This document shows, one piece after another, positions 26,971 through 38,930 of a DNA stretch of 64,000 nt. Made by a program: the position numbers and the translations under genes. The notes beneath the pieces were generated by a model. It made no database searches and had not been told where the DNA came from. It saw only the letters and a program-made list of their open reading frames with translations. Position 1 is the stretch's first letter. Every line of letters starts with the position of its first letter. Source of the DNA: an uncultured delta proteobacterium (lineage in GTDB: Bacteria; Desulfobacterota; Syntrophia; Syntrophales; UBA2185); assembly GCA_963695875.1 (NCBI GenBank), contig CAVOID010000004.1, positions 1-64,000 of the forward strand, read 5' to 3'.

Positions 26971-29423
26971 TTATGCGAGGCCCTGTTTTTTGATAAGCTG
27001 AGTCTTTATGAAATCGTTTAGGAATAGGGAAAATACGAGGTTATAACCTACAACCAGAAAGGTCATAGCGAGCGGGAGTGGCTGAAGAACGCCGGGGATT
27101 CCGACAGATGAGATGATCGTTCCGGCCAGCACGTCGAGGAGGATAACCCCTAACAGCGTTCGACTGGGCGATGAGCTCCAGAAATGCCGCCGTTCCCGGA
27201 CGACGAAGATGGAGGTTACCGCAGAAAAAGAGGATTTCAAAGCTGAACGTTTGAACATGCGGATCGGATGGCGCCAAATTCCAGATTTTCATCCCCATCC
27301 CCAGAAGAATGAGGGATTCGAGAACCATGCCTAGGCCCAGAGCGGCCGAGACTTTGACGAAACTCCCGATCTTCCAAGTATCGGGAGACCTTGACCAGCG
27401 GACCTGATCTGTGGATAGCGAGATCTTCACAAAATCCGTCATCAACAACAATAGGACCATGGCCGACGCGGAGATCACGAAATCGCCGGTGATCAGAAAG
27501 ACGCCGATGACGAAGGAAGATTTCAGGATCGTTCTCATGATCTTGTTCAGGACCCAGGTGTGGATTCGTTGATAGATCTTCCGGCCGTTTTTGACCAGTT
27601 CGACGATGCCCGACAAGCCCGTGCCTGTCAGGACGACGCTGGCCGATGCCTTGGCGATGTCCGTGGCGTTTTTGACGGCGATTCCGACTTCGGCCTGTTT
27701 GAGGGCGGGGGCATCGTTTATGCCGTCCCCCGTCATTCCGACAACATGGTTTCCGGCCTGAAGGCTTTGGACGATGAGATACTTGTCTTCGGGATAGACT
27801 TCCGCGAAACCGGCGCTTTGTTCCATCAGCCTCAAGGCCTGCGGCGGGATCGGTCGCCATCAGGGTTTTCAGGTCCGAAATGCGGGAGATTTGTTCGCCG
27901 ATTCCGATGTCTTCGGCGACCTCTTGGGCGATGGGCAGGGCGTCACCGGTCAGCATTTTAATCGAGAGGCCCAGAGCGCGAAGTTCCTGGATCAAGGCTT
28001 TTGAATCAGGCCTGAGGCTGTCGCCCAATGCGGCTAATCCGGCCAACATCGGTTTCGCGTCTTGAATCACGGCCACGGCCAGTGTTCTGTACCCCTTTTT
28101 CGAAAAATCCTGAAGACGGGCTTCCAGGCTCTCGAGGTCTTGCGTTCCGAGCCCGCATTCGCGGGCGATGGCCTCCACAGCTCCTTTCATGACGCGAAAA
28201 GCCCTCCGGCCGTGTCTGATTCGGGCTTCTGTTTTGCGCGTCATGGGATCGAAAGGGATGAAACTTTCCTGGAGGTATGATGATGTCTCCAGGCCCATCC
28301 GCTTGGCGTGTCCAATGAAGGCCAGGTCCAGAGGATCCTGATTGGCTTCCTGAGAAGCGAGAGCGCCGAACAGGATGACGTCCCTCTCGGCGAAAGGGGG
28401 CAGGGGGACGACGCGGGCTATGGATAGTTCATTCAAGGTCAAGGTCCCGGTCTTATCCACGCACAAGATGTTCATGGTCGCGGCGTCCTCCGTCGCGCTC
28501 AATCGGGTGACCAGGACGTTTTTCCCGGCCAGTTCCCGGGCGCCGAGAGCCATGCTCACCGTGAACATGACAGGCAGCGCGACGGGAATCGCCGACAGCA
28601 GAAGAACCAGCATCAAGGGCAGGATTTCGAGAGGGGAGAAGCCCCGGACGACCGATACCCCCAGCGTCAAACCCAGGAGTCCTCCGATGATCATGAGCAA
28701 CCATTTCACGAGCTTGGTGACCACCTCTTCCAGGTGAAGTTTGGGACGGGCGATTTGAACAAGCTCCGTCGTCTTGCCATAATTCGTCGAGGTTCCCGTT
28801 CGGATGATGACCCCTGTCGCCTCACCCCTCTTGAGCACAGATCCTGCATACAATAGGTCACCGGCGTTTCTTTTCCAAGGTTAGAGATTCACCGGTCAAC
28901 GCGGATTGGTCGACGGCCAGCGCGCCGCTCGAAATTTTGATGTCCGCGGGGACGAAATCCCCGGATCGGATCCTGAGGATATCTCCCGGGACAAGTTCCC
29001 TGGAGGGGACGATCGTCCAGCTTCCGTCTCTCAGCGTCCTGGCTCGGACCTGGAGTTTTGTTTTCAGCTCTTCGACCGCGCCGGGAGCCTTCTGTTCCTC
29101 CAGAAAACTGATGATCGAGTTCATGATGAGCAACCGCTCACGATGTAGACGTCGGCCGCTTTATGCAGTATCCATGACAACACGATGATCAGCTCGAGCA
29201 TCCAGGCGGTCAGGCCCCAAAACTTATGGAGAAAGCTCAGAAGGGGATGCGCTTTTTTCTCGGGGACTTCGTTGGGGCCGAATCGCTGAAGTCGATTTTC
29301 AACTTCGGTTTTCTTTAATCCGATGCTTAAATCTGTTTCCAAGAGTGCGACGACGTCGTCCGTCGTCATCCGCTCGTATTCTCTGAGCTCGATCTTCTCC
29401 GCAGGCGCGATCGACTTGTTCAT
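26971..29423 (-). CDS. Plasma-membrane-type proton-efflux P-type ATPase (P3A); frameshifted
   Basis: DQSALTGES, IPVALP, DKTGTLT, MLTGD, GFAEVYPEDKY, GMTGDGINDAPALK. Confidence 0.85.
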
Positions 29424-29622
29424 GTTCAAATTGGATCATAACCAGTTTATGCTAAAATATTCTTTCGCTCAAGATTTCGGTGGAGGAGAAACTGAGTGCA
29501 CGACCTTGAATGCTTGATAGACGTCCTGACCAACGACTGGAGATTCGAATTCGGCGAGCCGGAGCTTCTTGAAGTCCAGCGGCTATTGGGCTTGTCATAA
29601 AGATGATGTCAGGCTCAGCCTC

Positions 29623-30165
29623 GTGAACGAAGACAAGATATTTCGTGATATCGAGGGGCTGCGCAATCCCCAGCGGTTGGCCCTGTTGGAGACCGAGCGC
29701 GTCGTTTCTTTGTGCCTTCGGGGGCCAAAAATGGAGAGGGTTCTCGATGTTGGGACAGGAAGCGGCGTCTTTGCCGAGGCCTTCGCCCGGTTGGACCTGG
29801 CGGTAACCGGAATCGATGTTCAAGAGCCGATGCTCGAGGCCGCACGAAGAATTGTCCCTCAGGGTCATTTTCAGATAGCATCATCTGAAGATCTTCCGTT
29901 CGATGATGATTCTTTCGAGCTGGTTTTTCTCGGGCTGGTTCTTCATGAATCACATGAACCTGGTCGGACTTTGCGGGAAGCCCACCGGGTCTGTGCGCTG
30001 AGAACTGCGGTCCTGGAATGGCCCCAAGCGAAACAGAATATGGGACCCCCATTGGAACACAGGTTGAGAGCTCAAGACGTATTCAGGCTGGCTAAGGCCG
30101 CAGGATTTTCCCGGATGAAAACTATCCCTTTAAAACGTCTGATTCTTTTTCTGCTGGATAAATGA
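29623..30165 (+). CDS. Class I SAM-dependent methyltransferase
   Basis: VLDVGTGSG, LPFDDDSFELV. Confidence 0.85.
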   Translation: MNEDKIFRDIEGLRNPQRLALLETERVVSLCLRGPKMERVLDVGTGSGVFAEAFARLDLAVTGIDVQEPMLEAARRIVPQGHFQIASSEDLPFDDDSFELVFLGLVLHESHEPGRTLREAHRVCALRTAVLEWPQAKQNMGPPLEHRLRAQDVFRLAKAAGFSRMKTIPLKRLILFLLDK

Positions 30166-30387
30166 AGAGATTCCCTAACGCTGAGCAATAAAAATGAGCC
30201 GCTGGCGCTTCCTGCTTGACGGGGCAATAACTCTATTGCGGTCCTTGCTCGAGTTCAGGATCTCGACCGATAAATAGAATCCGGATAACTCAGCAGAGTC
30301 GGCTCGCCCCGTTCTATGATTCCTGATTACAGAAGAATTGTGAGCCGACCCTCCTTTAACAGCCAGTAACAGCCAGAAAAAAGGGTC

Positions 30388-30434
30388 TTGACAAATACTC
30401 GCCGCTAGGGATATTATTAGCATATGCCAATAAT
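30388..30434 (+). promoter_or_regulatory. Sigma70-like promoter overlapped by a palindromic operator
   Basis: TTGACA-18 nt-TATTAT followed by the near-perfect palindrome ATTATTAGCATATGCCAATAAT (30413-30434). Confidence 0.6.
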
Positions 30435-30446
30435 GAGGAAGGCCTA

Positions 30447-30917
30447 ATGGCGCGGCCATTCAAATGCAGGCGAGTCGGATTCCTGCCGGGCATAAATTAT
30501 TTTAAGCCCTGCGGTGTTCACATCAACCGGCTAGAAGAAGTGAATATGACCATAGATGAATTGGAAGCCCTGAGGCTCGCCGATCTAGAAGGCCTCTATC
30601 AGGAAGAGGCAGCGAACAGGATGAATGTCTCAAGGCAGACATTTGGCAACATTATCGATTCCGCACACAAAAAAATCGCCGATTCAATAATAAACTCAAA
30701 GGCCATAAGAATAGAAGGAGGTTTCTATAACATGACTGAGATGAGTAGATTCAGTTGCTCCGATTGCCGCCATGAATGGGAAATCCCACCTGGGACGAAA
30801 CGGTCCGAGCGCTGTCCTGAGTGCAGGAGTAAAGACATTCTTAACGCCAACCTGGAAAGACGCTGTGGGCGAGCATCCGGCCATGGTTTTGGCGGATGTC
30901 GAAGGAGAGAAACATGA
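30447..30917 (+). CDS. DUF134 domain DNA-binding protein with C-terminal zinc ribbon
   Basis: MARPFKCRRV, ELEALRLADLEGLYQEEAA..MNVSRQTF, CSDC...CPEC. Confidence 0.88.
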   Translation: MARPFKCRRVGFLPGINYFKPCGVHINRLEEVNMTIDELEALRLADLEGLYQEEAANRMNVSRQTFGNIIDSAHKKIADSIINSKAIRIEGGFYNMTEMSRFSCSDCRHEWEIPPGTKRSERCPECRSKDILNANLERRCGRASGHGFGGCRRRET

Positions 30918-31294
30918 GAATATGTATTCCGAGCGAATACGATCGAGGCCTGGAGAGCCTCCCCTATTCACATTTCGGTTCCGCTCCCTATTTTGTTGTG
31001 TATGATACAGACACCAAGGAAATCAAAGCCATCCCCAACGGAGATGAACACCACACCCATGGTGCCTGTAATCCTCTAAACGCATTGGCCGGAAATACTG
31101 TCGATGCAATTATCGTTGGAGGGATAGGGAGTCGAGCCATAGCCGGTTTGAACGGCCTGGGCATTAAAGTCTTTCAATCCATCCCCGGGACCATTCAAGA
31201 GAACATCCATCGTCTCGAAACCCATGAGCTCCCTGAATTGACCCCTGCCCAGGCTTGCAGCCATCATGGTCACGAATGCAAATCAGGAAGTTAG
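30914..31294 (+). CDS. NifB/NifX family (dinitrogenase FeMo-cofactor-binding-like) protein
   Basis: SHFGSAPYF, VDAIIVGGIGSRA, GIKV. Confidence 0.85.
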   Translation: MRICIPSEYDRGLESLPYSHFGSAPYFVVYDTDTKEIKAIPNGDEHHTHGACNPLNALAGNTVDAIIVGGIGSRAIAGLNGLGIKVFQSIPGTIQENIHRLETHELPELTPAQACSHHGHECKSGS

Positions 31295-31323
31295 CGGCTG
31301 CGAACCTCACCCTATGAGATTTG

Positions 31324-32749
31324 CTAGTTCACTAGCGCGTTGGCCACGAGGTCCAGGACCTGGACAACTTTCATGTTCAGCTGGTAATGCCGGATCAGAT
31401 CATTGAGCCCATCGACACAATTGTGGCACATCGTGCAGACCAAAGTAGCTCCTGTGGCCTTGAGTTGGTCGACTTTGATTTTCCCCACCTCAAGCCGGAG
31501 CGGCCGGTATTCCGCTACGGAGAGAAGACCTCCCCCACCCGTGCAGCAATAATTTTCGGTGCGGTTCGGGTGCATCTCCCGGAAATCGGTACAAACGCGG
31601 TTGAGCACCCAGCGCGGCTCCTCGATCAGGTCGCCCGAGCGGGCTATGTTGCAGGAATCATGGAAGGTCACGGGTTCCGGATTACGCGACTTGTCCACCT
31701 TGATTTTGCCTTCCTTCAAGTACCGGATGAGCGTCAGGATCACGGACTCTGTGGGCAGTTTCTGGTCATAACCGGCCCAGGTATAGCCCTCCCACCGTGT
31801 CGAGCGGTAGCCGTGGCCGCATTCAGAAATCACGATCCGTTTGGCCCGCAATCTCACCGCCGCCTCATAGAGATTCCGACTGACATAGGATCCCAGCAGG
31901 TCGTCGCCTGAAAAGAGTCCAAAATTGGTTTGGTCCCGACCCCACCTCGGAAGCGTCCACTTTTCCCGCCAGATAAAAGATCTTTGCCGCGTTCGCGATC
32001 GAGCGGGGATCGAACTTGATTTCCCTGGGGTTGATCGTATACATGAAATCACAATCGGGCTTATCCACCGGGATGTCGACGTCGGAAGTTCCCAGTTCGG
32101 CCTGGACCTCATCTTTCATCCAAGCCAGTGTTTCCAGATAATCTTCCTCAGTTACGGCCATCTGATTGCCGGTCTCCCATTGGTCTCGGCTCACATTGAA
32201 GATCCCCTCCGGCACAATCCCGAGCTCGGTCGAAGTCCTCTCGTAAAGCGAATGAGTGCCGCCGTGTCCACACCCATCGGGCAATTCAGAGTGCAACGAC
32301 GGCAGGCGCTGCAGGTACCGAAGACAATGTTCTTGAGATGATTGAGTTCCTCGTCACTCGCCGGATAGCGGGCATGAACCCACCAAGGGACAATCCTGCC
32401 CGTCCAATCCAGGTGGCGCTTGAAGATCCGGCGGATCTGATCTGCCTTCCAGACCGGTATCATGGTGGGGTCGTCTGGTCTGGCTAGAGCATAGTGGCAA
32501 GCGTCCGAACACATCCCGCAATGGACACAGGCAATGAGCGAGGTTACCAAGGGACGGGTGATGCGCCGACTAAGAAGCTCGAGGAACTTTTTAATATTGG
32601 GGGCGGCGGGATCATAGAGCTTAAGTTGGCTTTTAATGATGGAACGGAGCCCCGCTTCTTTAGCTCTCTCTTGGGACTTGGTTTCCAGGGGGTAATTCAC
32701 CACCCCGGAGCTATGCTTTTTTTCTTTCCTCAAGGGCCGTCTCCCGCAT
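31324..32749 (-). CDS. (Fe-S)-binding CCG-domain protein, HdrD/DsrK/TmcB-like; frameshifted
   Basis: CVHCGMCSDAC, CSACRRCTLNCPMG, SECGHG, TFHDSC, NYCCTGGGG, CTMCHNC. Confidence 0.85.
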
Positions 32750-33447
32750 GAGGGCAGCCCAAGTCGGATTCTTTCAATCCTGGATTTCGTTTAGGTGGAA
32801 AAACGCGACGGTGCCCAAGCGTTTTCCCCAGGAAGAAGCGGCTGAAGGGGTAATAGAGATAGTGGCAGATCTTAGAAAAAGGAACATAAACTAAGAAAAA
32901 GGCCGTAAGACCGAAAGAAAAGAATCAAGGGCCATTCGGCTTTTTGGTAATTGTTGGAAACGGCCAGGAAGCCGGCGGCAAAAAAGAGGATCATTAATAA
33001 GAGAGAAAAATAGTCATCCAAAGTGCTAATAAGCCGAACCGCAGGATTGGAAAGCCGTCGGTAGAGCCGCATCAAGCCGACCACAAACGCCGCGCCGATG
33101 GCCAGCCGAAAAATCCAGAGCACGGGTCTCATCTGAAATATTTGAGGCGCATAGGGAATGATAAACGTGGCGCCGATGGCGGCCGCCACTCCGAGGTGGA
33201 AAATGACGAATTGAGCATAAAAACCCACTCTCTTGCGTGCCGATTCCATCGCCCATGGCATGGCGACGTTAGCCAGTGAATAAGCTACGCCGGCTTTTTC
33301 GCTTCCCGCACGAAAGGTCCGCTCTCGTATGGACCGGAAACGGAAAAGCCAGACAAGTCTCAGAACATAGACCACCCCCATAAAAACCTGCCAACCTGAA
33401 CTTCATTCTCTAGAGTGCGCAAAAAGGGGCTCAAACGAGGACTCCAC
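32730..33447 (-). CDS. Membrane anchor subunit, NarI/HdrE/DsrM-like; frameshifted, boundaries approximate
   Basis: Multi-TM protein with FHLG, RLISTLDDYFSL, YVPFSKICHY; adjacent to the CCG protein. Confidence 0.65.
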
Positions 33448-33893
33448 GACGATCCGCTCCGGTTCTCTGCATTTCTAAATCAAAAACCTTTTGTAAAAGA
33501 AACCTAAGAACACCAAATTACCGGACTGTTCTGGCCTCGAGATTGGATTTCGGTTGTCCTAAATCGGCTCTCTCAAGGCCGCCAAACAGGTGAACCCTGA
33601 ATCTCCGCAAAATAAAAAAGACCTTTTTTATCTTACTCTAATCACGAAACTTTTTCTATTCCGGAGACCTTTTCAGACGACGTCTGTTTTTACAAAAACA
33701 ACGAGAAAAAGGAGGCAACTAGGGGAGCCTAGCGCGATGATCCCTCCTAGCCTCCGCGCATCATCTTGGGCGCATCCAGAGTTCTGAGCGCGCGGGAAAA
33801 GAGACAGTGCACCTTTTTTCTTGTATCATAATAATGGTCCCAAGGAGTTGTCTTATCGGGACTGATCAAATTTAATTCGGAGGTTCATCAACC

Positions 33894-34646
33894 ATGAAGA
33901 AGATCTGGACTTGGCAATTTTCGGTGACCTTAATGCTGATCGGCGCGTCTGTCCTCACCTATGTAGTCCAGTATTTGATTTCCAGGAATCCCCGCGATAT
34001 CTTTTTCTACATGATTCAGGATCTCGCTTTCCTGTTTATCAACGTGCTCCTGGTCATTCTGTTCATCGAACGACTGCTTGCCCAGAGAGAAAAGCGCGCC
34101 CTGTTGAAGAAACTGAACATGGCCATAGGGACCTTCTTCAGTGAGGTCGGGCTCGAGATCTTTTGAAGAGATTCTCTGTCTTGGTTGAGAGAGCCGAGGT
34201 CCTGGAAAGGCAGGTCGAGATCAGTCCTCGCTGGAACAAGAAAGAATTCGCCGCGGCCATGGCGGCGGCAAGAGATTTCAATTATCAGGTCCGGGTCACC
34301 CCGGCGCAACTCGCCGAGATCGATGGCTTCCTGTCGAGCAAACGGACGTTCCTCCTCCGATTGCTTGAGAATCCCAACTTGCTGGAGCACGAACGATTCA
34401 CCGATCTGCTCTGGGCGGTTTTCCATGCGTCGGAAGAGCTTGACATTCCGGGAAAAGAGCTTCGAAAGCCTCCCCAAAAGTGATTACGATCATCTGGCGG
34501 GGGACCTCGAGACGGGCCTATTCCCAACTGGTCAGCGAATGGATCGCCTACAACTCCCACCTTAAGGAAAGCTATCCCTACCTTTTCTCTCTCACCGCCC
34601 GGGTTAATCCGTTCAATCCCCAGTCTTCTCCAATCGTCCGAACATG
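33894..34646 (+). CDS. Hypothetical membrane protein; frameshifted
   Basis: Continuous coding signal across ORFs 33894-34166, 34163-34483 and following sequence (KLNMAIGTFFSEVG, LLENPNLLEHERFTDLLWAVFH). Confidence 0.65.
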
Positions 34647-34865
34647 AAAGCGAAAGGCGTCTCTACCGTCATCTCGTCTATCTTGTCATCTTGTCTTTCT
34701 CGGCAAGAAATGAGAAAAAACAAGAGAAATAAAAAAAATCTCGTGCTTTTGACGAAATGGACGAGAAGACGAGACGACGAGAAAGACCTCTTAACCCGAG
34801 TGTGCAGTGGCGCAGAGTTGGAATCTCGGATATAATGATTATCCAAACAACTCCAGGAGGATTTT

Positions 34866-35567
34866 GTGAGCAAAAGCCGAATCTCAGCCTCTCTCGTGGG
34901 ATTGGCGGTTTTTTTGGCCGCCGGCGCGTCCCTAATCGCCCAATCCGATCTCTCCCCTCAAAGATGTCATCGAGAGAAATCTCAAGGCGGCCGGAGGCAG
35001 GGATAAGATCGCGGCTGTTAAAACCTATTCCTTCAAGACCGGGACGACCGTCTATTTCACAGCCACCGATGAGCGCCTGAAAATCGCCACCGGAAAACAG
35101 CCCGTGGTCACCGAAGTCATTCTCGTCTCTCCCGATCGGGTCAGGCGCAACAGCTTCAATGAAACCACCGAGGTCTCGGGGCTGGAGAAATCGATTTACC
35201 AATTCCAGGCAAAACTCCAGGCCGGATTCTTTACCCTGATCAAGTTCGCGGATCAGCTGAAGGCGCAAGGATTCAGAAGCTTCAGACAGAAAAGCTGTTC
35301 CTGCTCACGGCCCAGCAGGGTGATCTCAAGGTCAGCTTCTACCTCGAGGCTCAGGAATTCTGGATCAAGAGGATTGCTCTCCAGGGTTATTGGGAGGGCG
35401 GGATGAAGTATGAAGCCAATTATGATTTTGCCCCCTACCGGGAAGTCAACGGTCTGCGTTTTCCCACGACCTGGTTCGCTTCGTTCGTCGGAATGCGGGG
35501 TAATCTTTTCGAGGTCCAGGACCTGAAGCTCAATCCGAACCTCGATCCGGCTTTTTTCTCCAGCACC
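34866..35567 (+). CDS. Secreted hypothetical protein (LolA-like/lipoprotein-sorting-like fold suspected); frameshifted, ends at a junction
   Basis: GGAGG RBS plus GTG, signal peptide, AAGGRDKIAAVK, YREVNGLRFPT, LNPNLDPAFF. Confidence 0.5.
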
Positions 35568-35569
35568 TG

Positions 35570-36920
35570 GCGATGGCCGTGCCGCCCGTCACGGTGTTGG
35601 TGAAGCCGAGGGTGACTTTCTCGACCGTGCTGACGCCGCCGGTGAACGTGGCCGTCGTGACGTTGCCCGAGGCGCGGGTCAGGACGATCCCGTCAACGGC
35701 GTCGGTCGAGACGAACGTGCCTCCGATGACCCGAGGCCCGCCGCGTGTCGAGCCGGCGTTGTTGCCGATCGTGATCGCTCCGGTGGCCGTGACCGACCCG
35801 CCCTCGACCGACATCGCTCCGTTGGAGTTGGAGTTGCCCACCCAGACCGTCCCGACATTCGCGGTGCCATCGCGGACGATGAAGCCACCGCCGAAGTCGA
35901 CGCTGCCCGCGCTGTTGCGGCGGATGTTGACGTCGCCGACGGTCAGGGTGCCGCCGTTCAACCGGAGCGTGCCGAAATCCGAATTGGTGCGAAATCCGCC
36001 GAGCGAGGCGGTGCCGCTGTCGACCACGACGGAACTCGCCGTCGCAACGACGGTGCCGGCGGTGGTGAACGAACCGCCGGCGACGTTGAGCTGCGAATTG
36101 AGCGCCGTGTTGACCGCGTTGTTGCCGAGGTCGAGCGCGCCGCCGCCGGCAACGCGGAGAATCCCGCCGCTCACGTTGAGCACCCCCGTGAGCGGGTTCG
36201 CAGCCGTCAAGACCAGCGTGCCCGCGCCCGCCTTCGTCAGGCCGCCGGTTCCCACCAGGCTCACCCCGATCGTGGAGGTGGCCCCCGTGCCGAGTGCGCC
36301 GACCGTGATCGTGGGTGCGGCGCCGTCCAGCGTCAGGACGTTGCCGGGGACGCCGTTGTTGTCGACGATCCAACTGGCGGGCGTGGCCGGGCCGGCGTCG
36401 CCAAACACGGCGCTGTTGATCGTGCGTGGCGAATCCAGGTGAACGACGTTGTCCGCCGCGAGATCGAGGGTGGCAAAGTCCGCGCTGGCAGTGCTGCCAT
36501 CGGCGATCACCGCATCAGCCAGTTCAGTCCGTCGCTCCAGAGCCCACCGGTCTCCGGCCGCACCCAGACGCCGCTTCCCACCGTCGGGACCACCAGCGTG
36601 TAGACCTGACCCGCCGTGTGTCCTGCCTCCGGAGTGCCGCCCGCATCGACGACGCCGCTGTCGGGTTTGAGCACGAGCCGCAGGGTGCCCGCGCCGGAAA
36701 TCCCGCCCACCGTGACATCGAACGTCGAGCCGCTGTCCGCGGACACGCTCGCGACCGCGCCAGCCACCGTCTCGGTCGTAGCGAGCTGGAACGCGCCGGT
36801 CGTGACTCCGCTCACAGCGTGATTGAACGCGACGCGGTAGACGACGCTGCCCACGGTGTTGGCGATGACCGGGAAGGCCGGGTTGTGCCGCGTGATCGAG
36901 ATTCTGGGCTGCCCCGCGAG
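35570..36920 (-). pseudogene. Internal fragment of a large secreted protein with autotransporter-associated beta-strand repeats
   Basis: Very GC-rich, G/T/N-rich beta-helix sequence, GGLTKAGAGTLVLTAANP motif; neither start nor stop is present. Confidence 0.7.
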
Positions 36921-36924
36921 ATGC

Positions 36925-37674
36925 AGCGTGAACACCGGCGTGAAGGCGGGGAGATCGGCATTGCCGGACTCGACCGCACACTGACGGATGTCTACCTGCG
37001 CATCGAGCGGCCGGATGTGCCAATATTCTCCGCTGTGCTGCGCCCTGGATCACCCTCTGTCGTGTTTGGCATTGCCGGCAATCCGGGTGTGTGGGGCTAT
37101 CTGATGATCGGGGTTGAACATATCCTGTTCGGCTGGGACCATCTTCTGTTTGTCGCGGGGCTGGTGTTGCTGGTACATTGGCGCCAGCTCGTCGCAACCT
37201 CGACGGCATTCACAGTGGCCCATTCGATCACTTTGTCCCTATCCGCGCTCGCGGGCATAAGCCTTCCGGGCGCACCTGTTGAGATCGTGATCGCCCTGTC
37301 GATCGCGCTGATCGGTCTGGAAGCGATCCGCCGGATGCGCGGCGAAGAGGGGCTGAGTGCGCGCTTTCCCTGGGCAATCGCGTTCGGTTTCGGATTGATC
37401 CACGGTTTCGGATTTGCGGGTGCTCTTTCCGAGATTGAGACTCCCGAAGGGCATGGAGTTTGCGGCGTTGCTGCTGTTCAACCTGGGCGTCGAACTCGGG
37501 CAGGTCGCCGTGATCGGAGCATTGCTTGTGACGGGTTGGATCGTTGCGCGCCTGCGGCCCGGCCAGCTCGGCGCGCTGCGATACGCAGGGGCCTATGCCG
37601 TCGGGATTGCGGGGGCTTACTGGGCGATCGAGCGCCTGACGATGTTCCTTGCTCCCGCTACGGCGCTGACCTGA
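36925..37674 (+). pseudogene. HupE/UreJ family protein, 5'-truncated and frameshifted
   Basis: GVEHILFGWDHLLFV, TAFTVAHSITL, FGLIHGFGFA, FNLGVELGQ. Confidence 0.8.
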
Positions 37675-38136
37675 AAAGCGTCTTTGAACAACATATGTTG
37701 ACCTCGGTTGTGCTTGTCTAAAGACCGGTAAAGGCGATGTCGGGACAAACGGCGGCAAATCCTCCGTAAAAGGCTCACATTCAGTTCCGCAAGTTCAATA
37801 CCCCGGCCGAGCTTATCAATCTCGGCCTTTTTGGTTCGTCCGGCCTCCGCTTTCGCTGCCAGATGTCGATAACGTTCTTCAAAGTGCGGACGAACGTCAA
37901 TTGTCGGCGATCTCCGGCCTGGTGCTGATCAGACGGCTAAATGACAGGAGTTCGGCGATCCTGCCAGACGCCGAAATTGATTATCGGAACCGAGCTGGAC
38001 CTTCGTTGCCGATAGTCGTAGCCTTGGTGAATGTCGGGTTTGAGGCAACTGGGATGATTTCGACCCGCGAACCGATCTCAACATATAGAAAAGAGGGGTG
38101 TGAGGCAACATCGCTCGGGTCTGCGGTTATATTAAT

Positions 38137-38832
38137 TAGCGGCGCACTCCGGGCGATTCTGAGGATGTCATCAACCGATGCATATCGTTCAAAAGCATCC
38201 GCAAGACCGTCGAGGACCGACGGGGAGAGATTTCCAGGATCAGCAGTCACCAGCCCCAGATGCCGGCTGGGAAGGTTGGGGAGGGCATCCTGCGGTATTC
38301 CGCCCACCAGGGGAGGAAGCTTTTCGGCCGCAAGCGAAATGGCCAGCATCGATGCATGGCGCTCCGAGCCGCAGCGGTTGGCGATCACGCCTGCCAAACG
38401 CAAATTCGTTTCGAAAGACGCATATCCTTTTACCATGGCGGCAATGCTTCTGGCCATGCCGTATACTTCCGCTATCAGGAGCACCGGCGCATCAAGCCAG
38501 CGTGCGATTTCCGCCGTACTCCCTTCAGAACCGGCCGGGTCGGCGCCGTCGAAGAGCCCCATGACACCTTCGATGATGGAGATATCAGCTCCTTTCGAGG
38601 CACGGGCAAACAGCCTGCAAACATAGTCTCTGCCTGCCATCCAGCCGTCGAGATTGTAGCAGGGTCTGCCCGAGGCCGCAGTCAGGTAGGTGGGATCCAG
38701 AAAATCCGGCCCCACCTTGAATGTCTGCACGGTGAGGCCGCGCTTTCTCAGGGCCGCCACAATGGCCAGGGTGAGGGATGTCTTTCCCACGCCGCTTTGC
38801 GTGCCGGCTATGACGATCCGGGGATGATTCAT
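38137..38832 (-). pseudogene. cbiA: Cobyrinate a,c-diamide synthase, N-terminal domain only (cut at a junction)
   Basis: AGTQSGVGKT, FKVGPDFLDP, EGVMGLFDG, LPSRHLGL; the glutaminase domain is replaced by unrelated sequence. Confidence 0.85.
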
Positions 38833-38853
38833 CGTTAGTATTCCATCCTTACG

Positions 38854-38930
38854 TCCCCTTTTGTAAAGGGGGTGGGGGATTTTCTACAATTCGCCAAAAT
38901 CCCCCCAGCCCCCTTTTGGAAAGGGGGGAT
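38854..38930. repeat. REP-like palindromic repeat (CCCCTTT..AAAGGGG family)
   Basis: Two GC hairpins in inverted arrangement; related copies at 39477-39558, 39601-39745 and 46671-46786. Confidence 0.75.

Noticed and set aside
30914..31294. Nitrogen fixation inferred from nifJ and the NifX-like gene
   Set aside because: Both families are widespread in non-diazotrophs and no nifHDK is present
37700..38135. Possible coding fragment between HupE/UreJ and cbiA
   Set aside because: No recognisable motif, start or RBS; left unassigned
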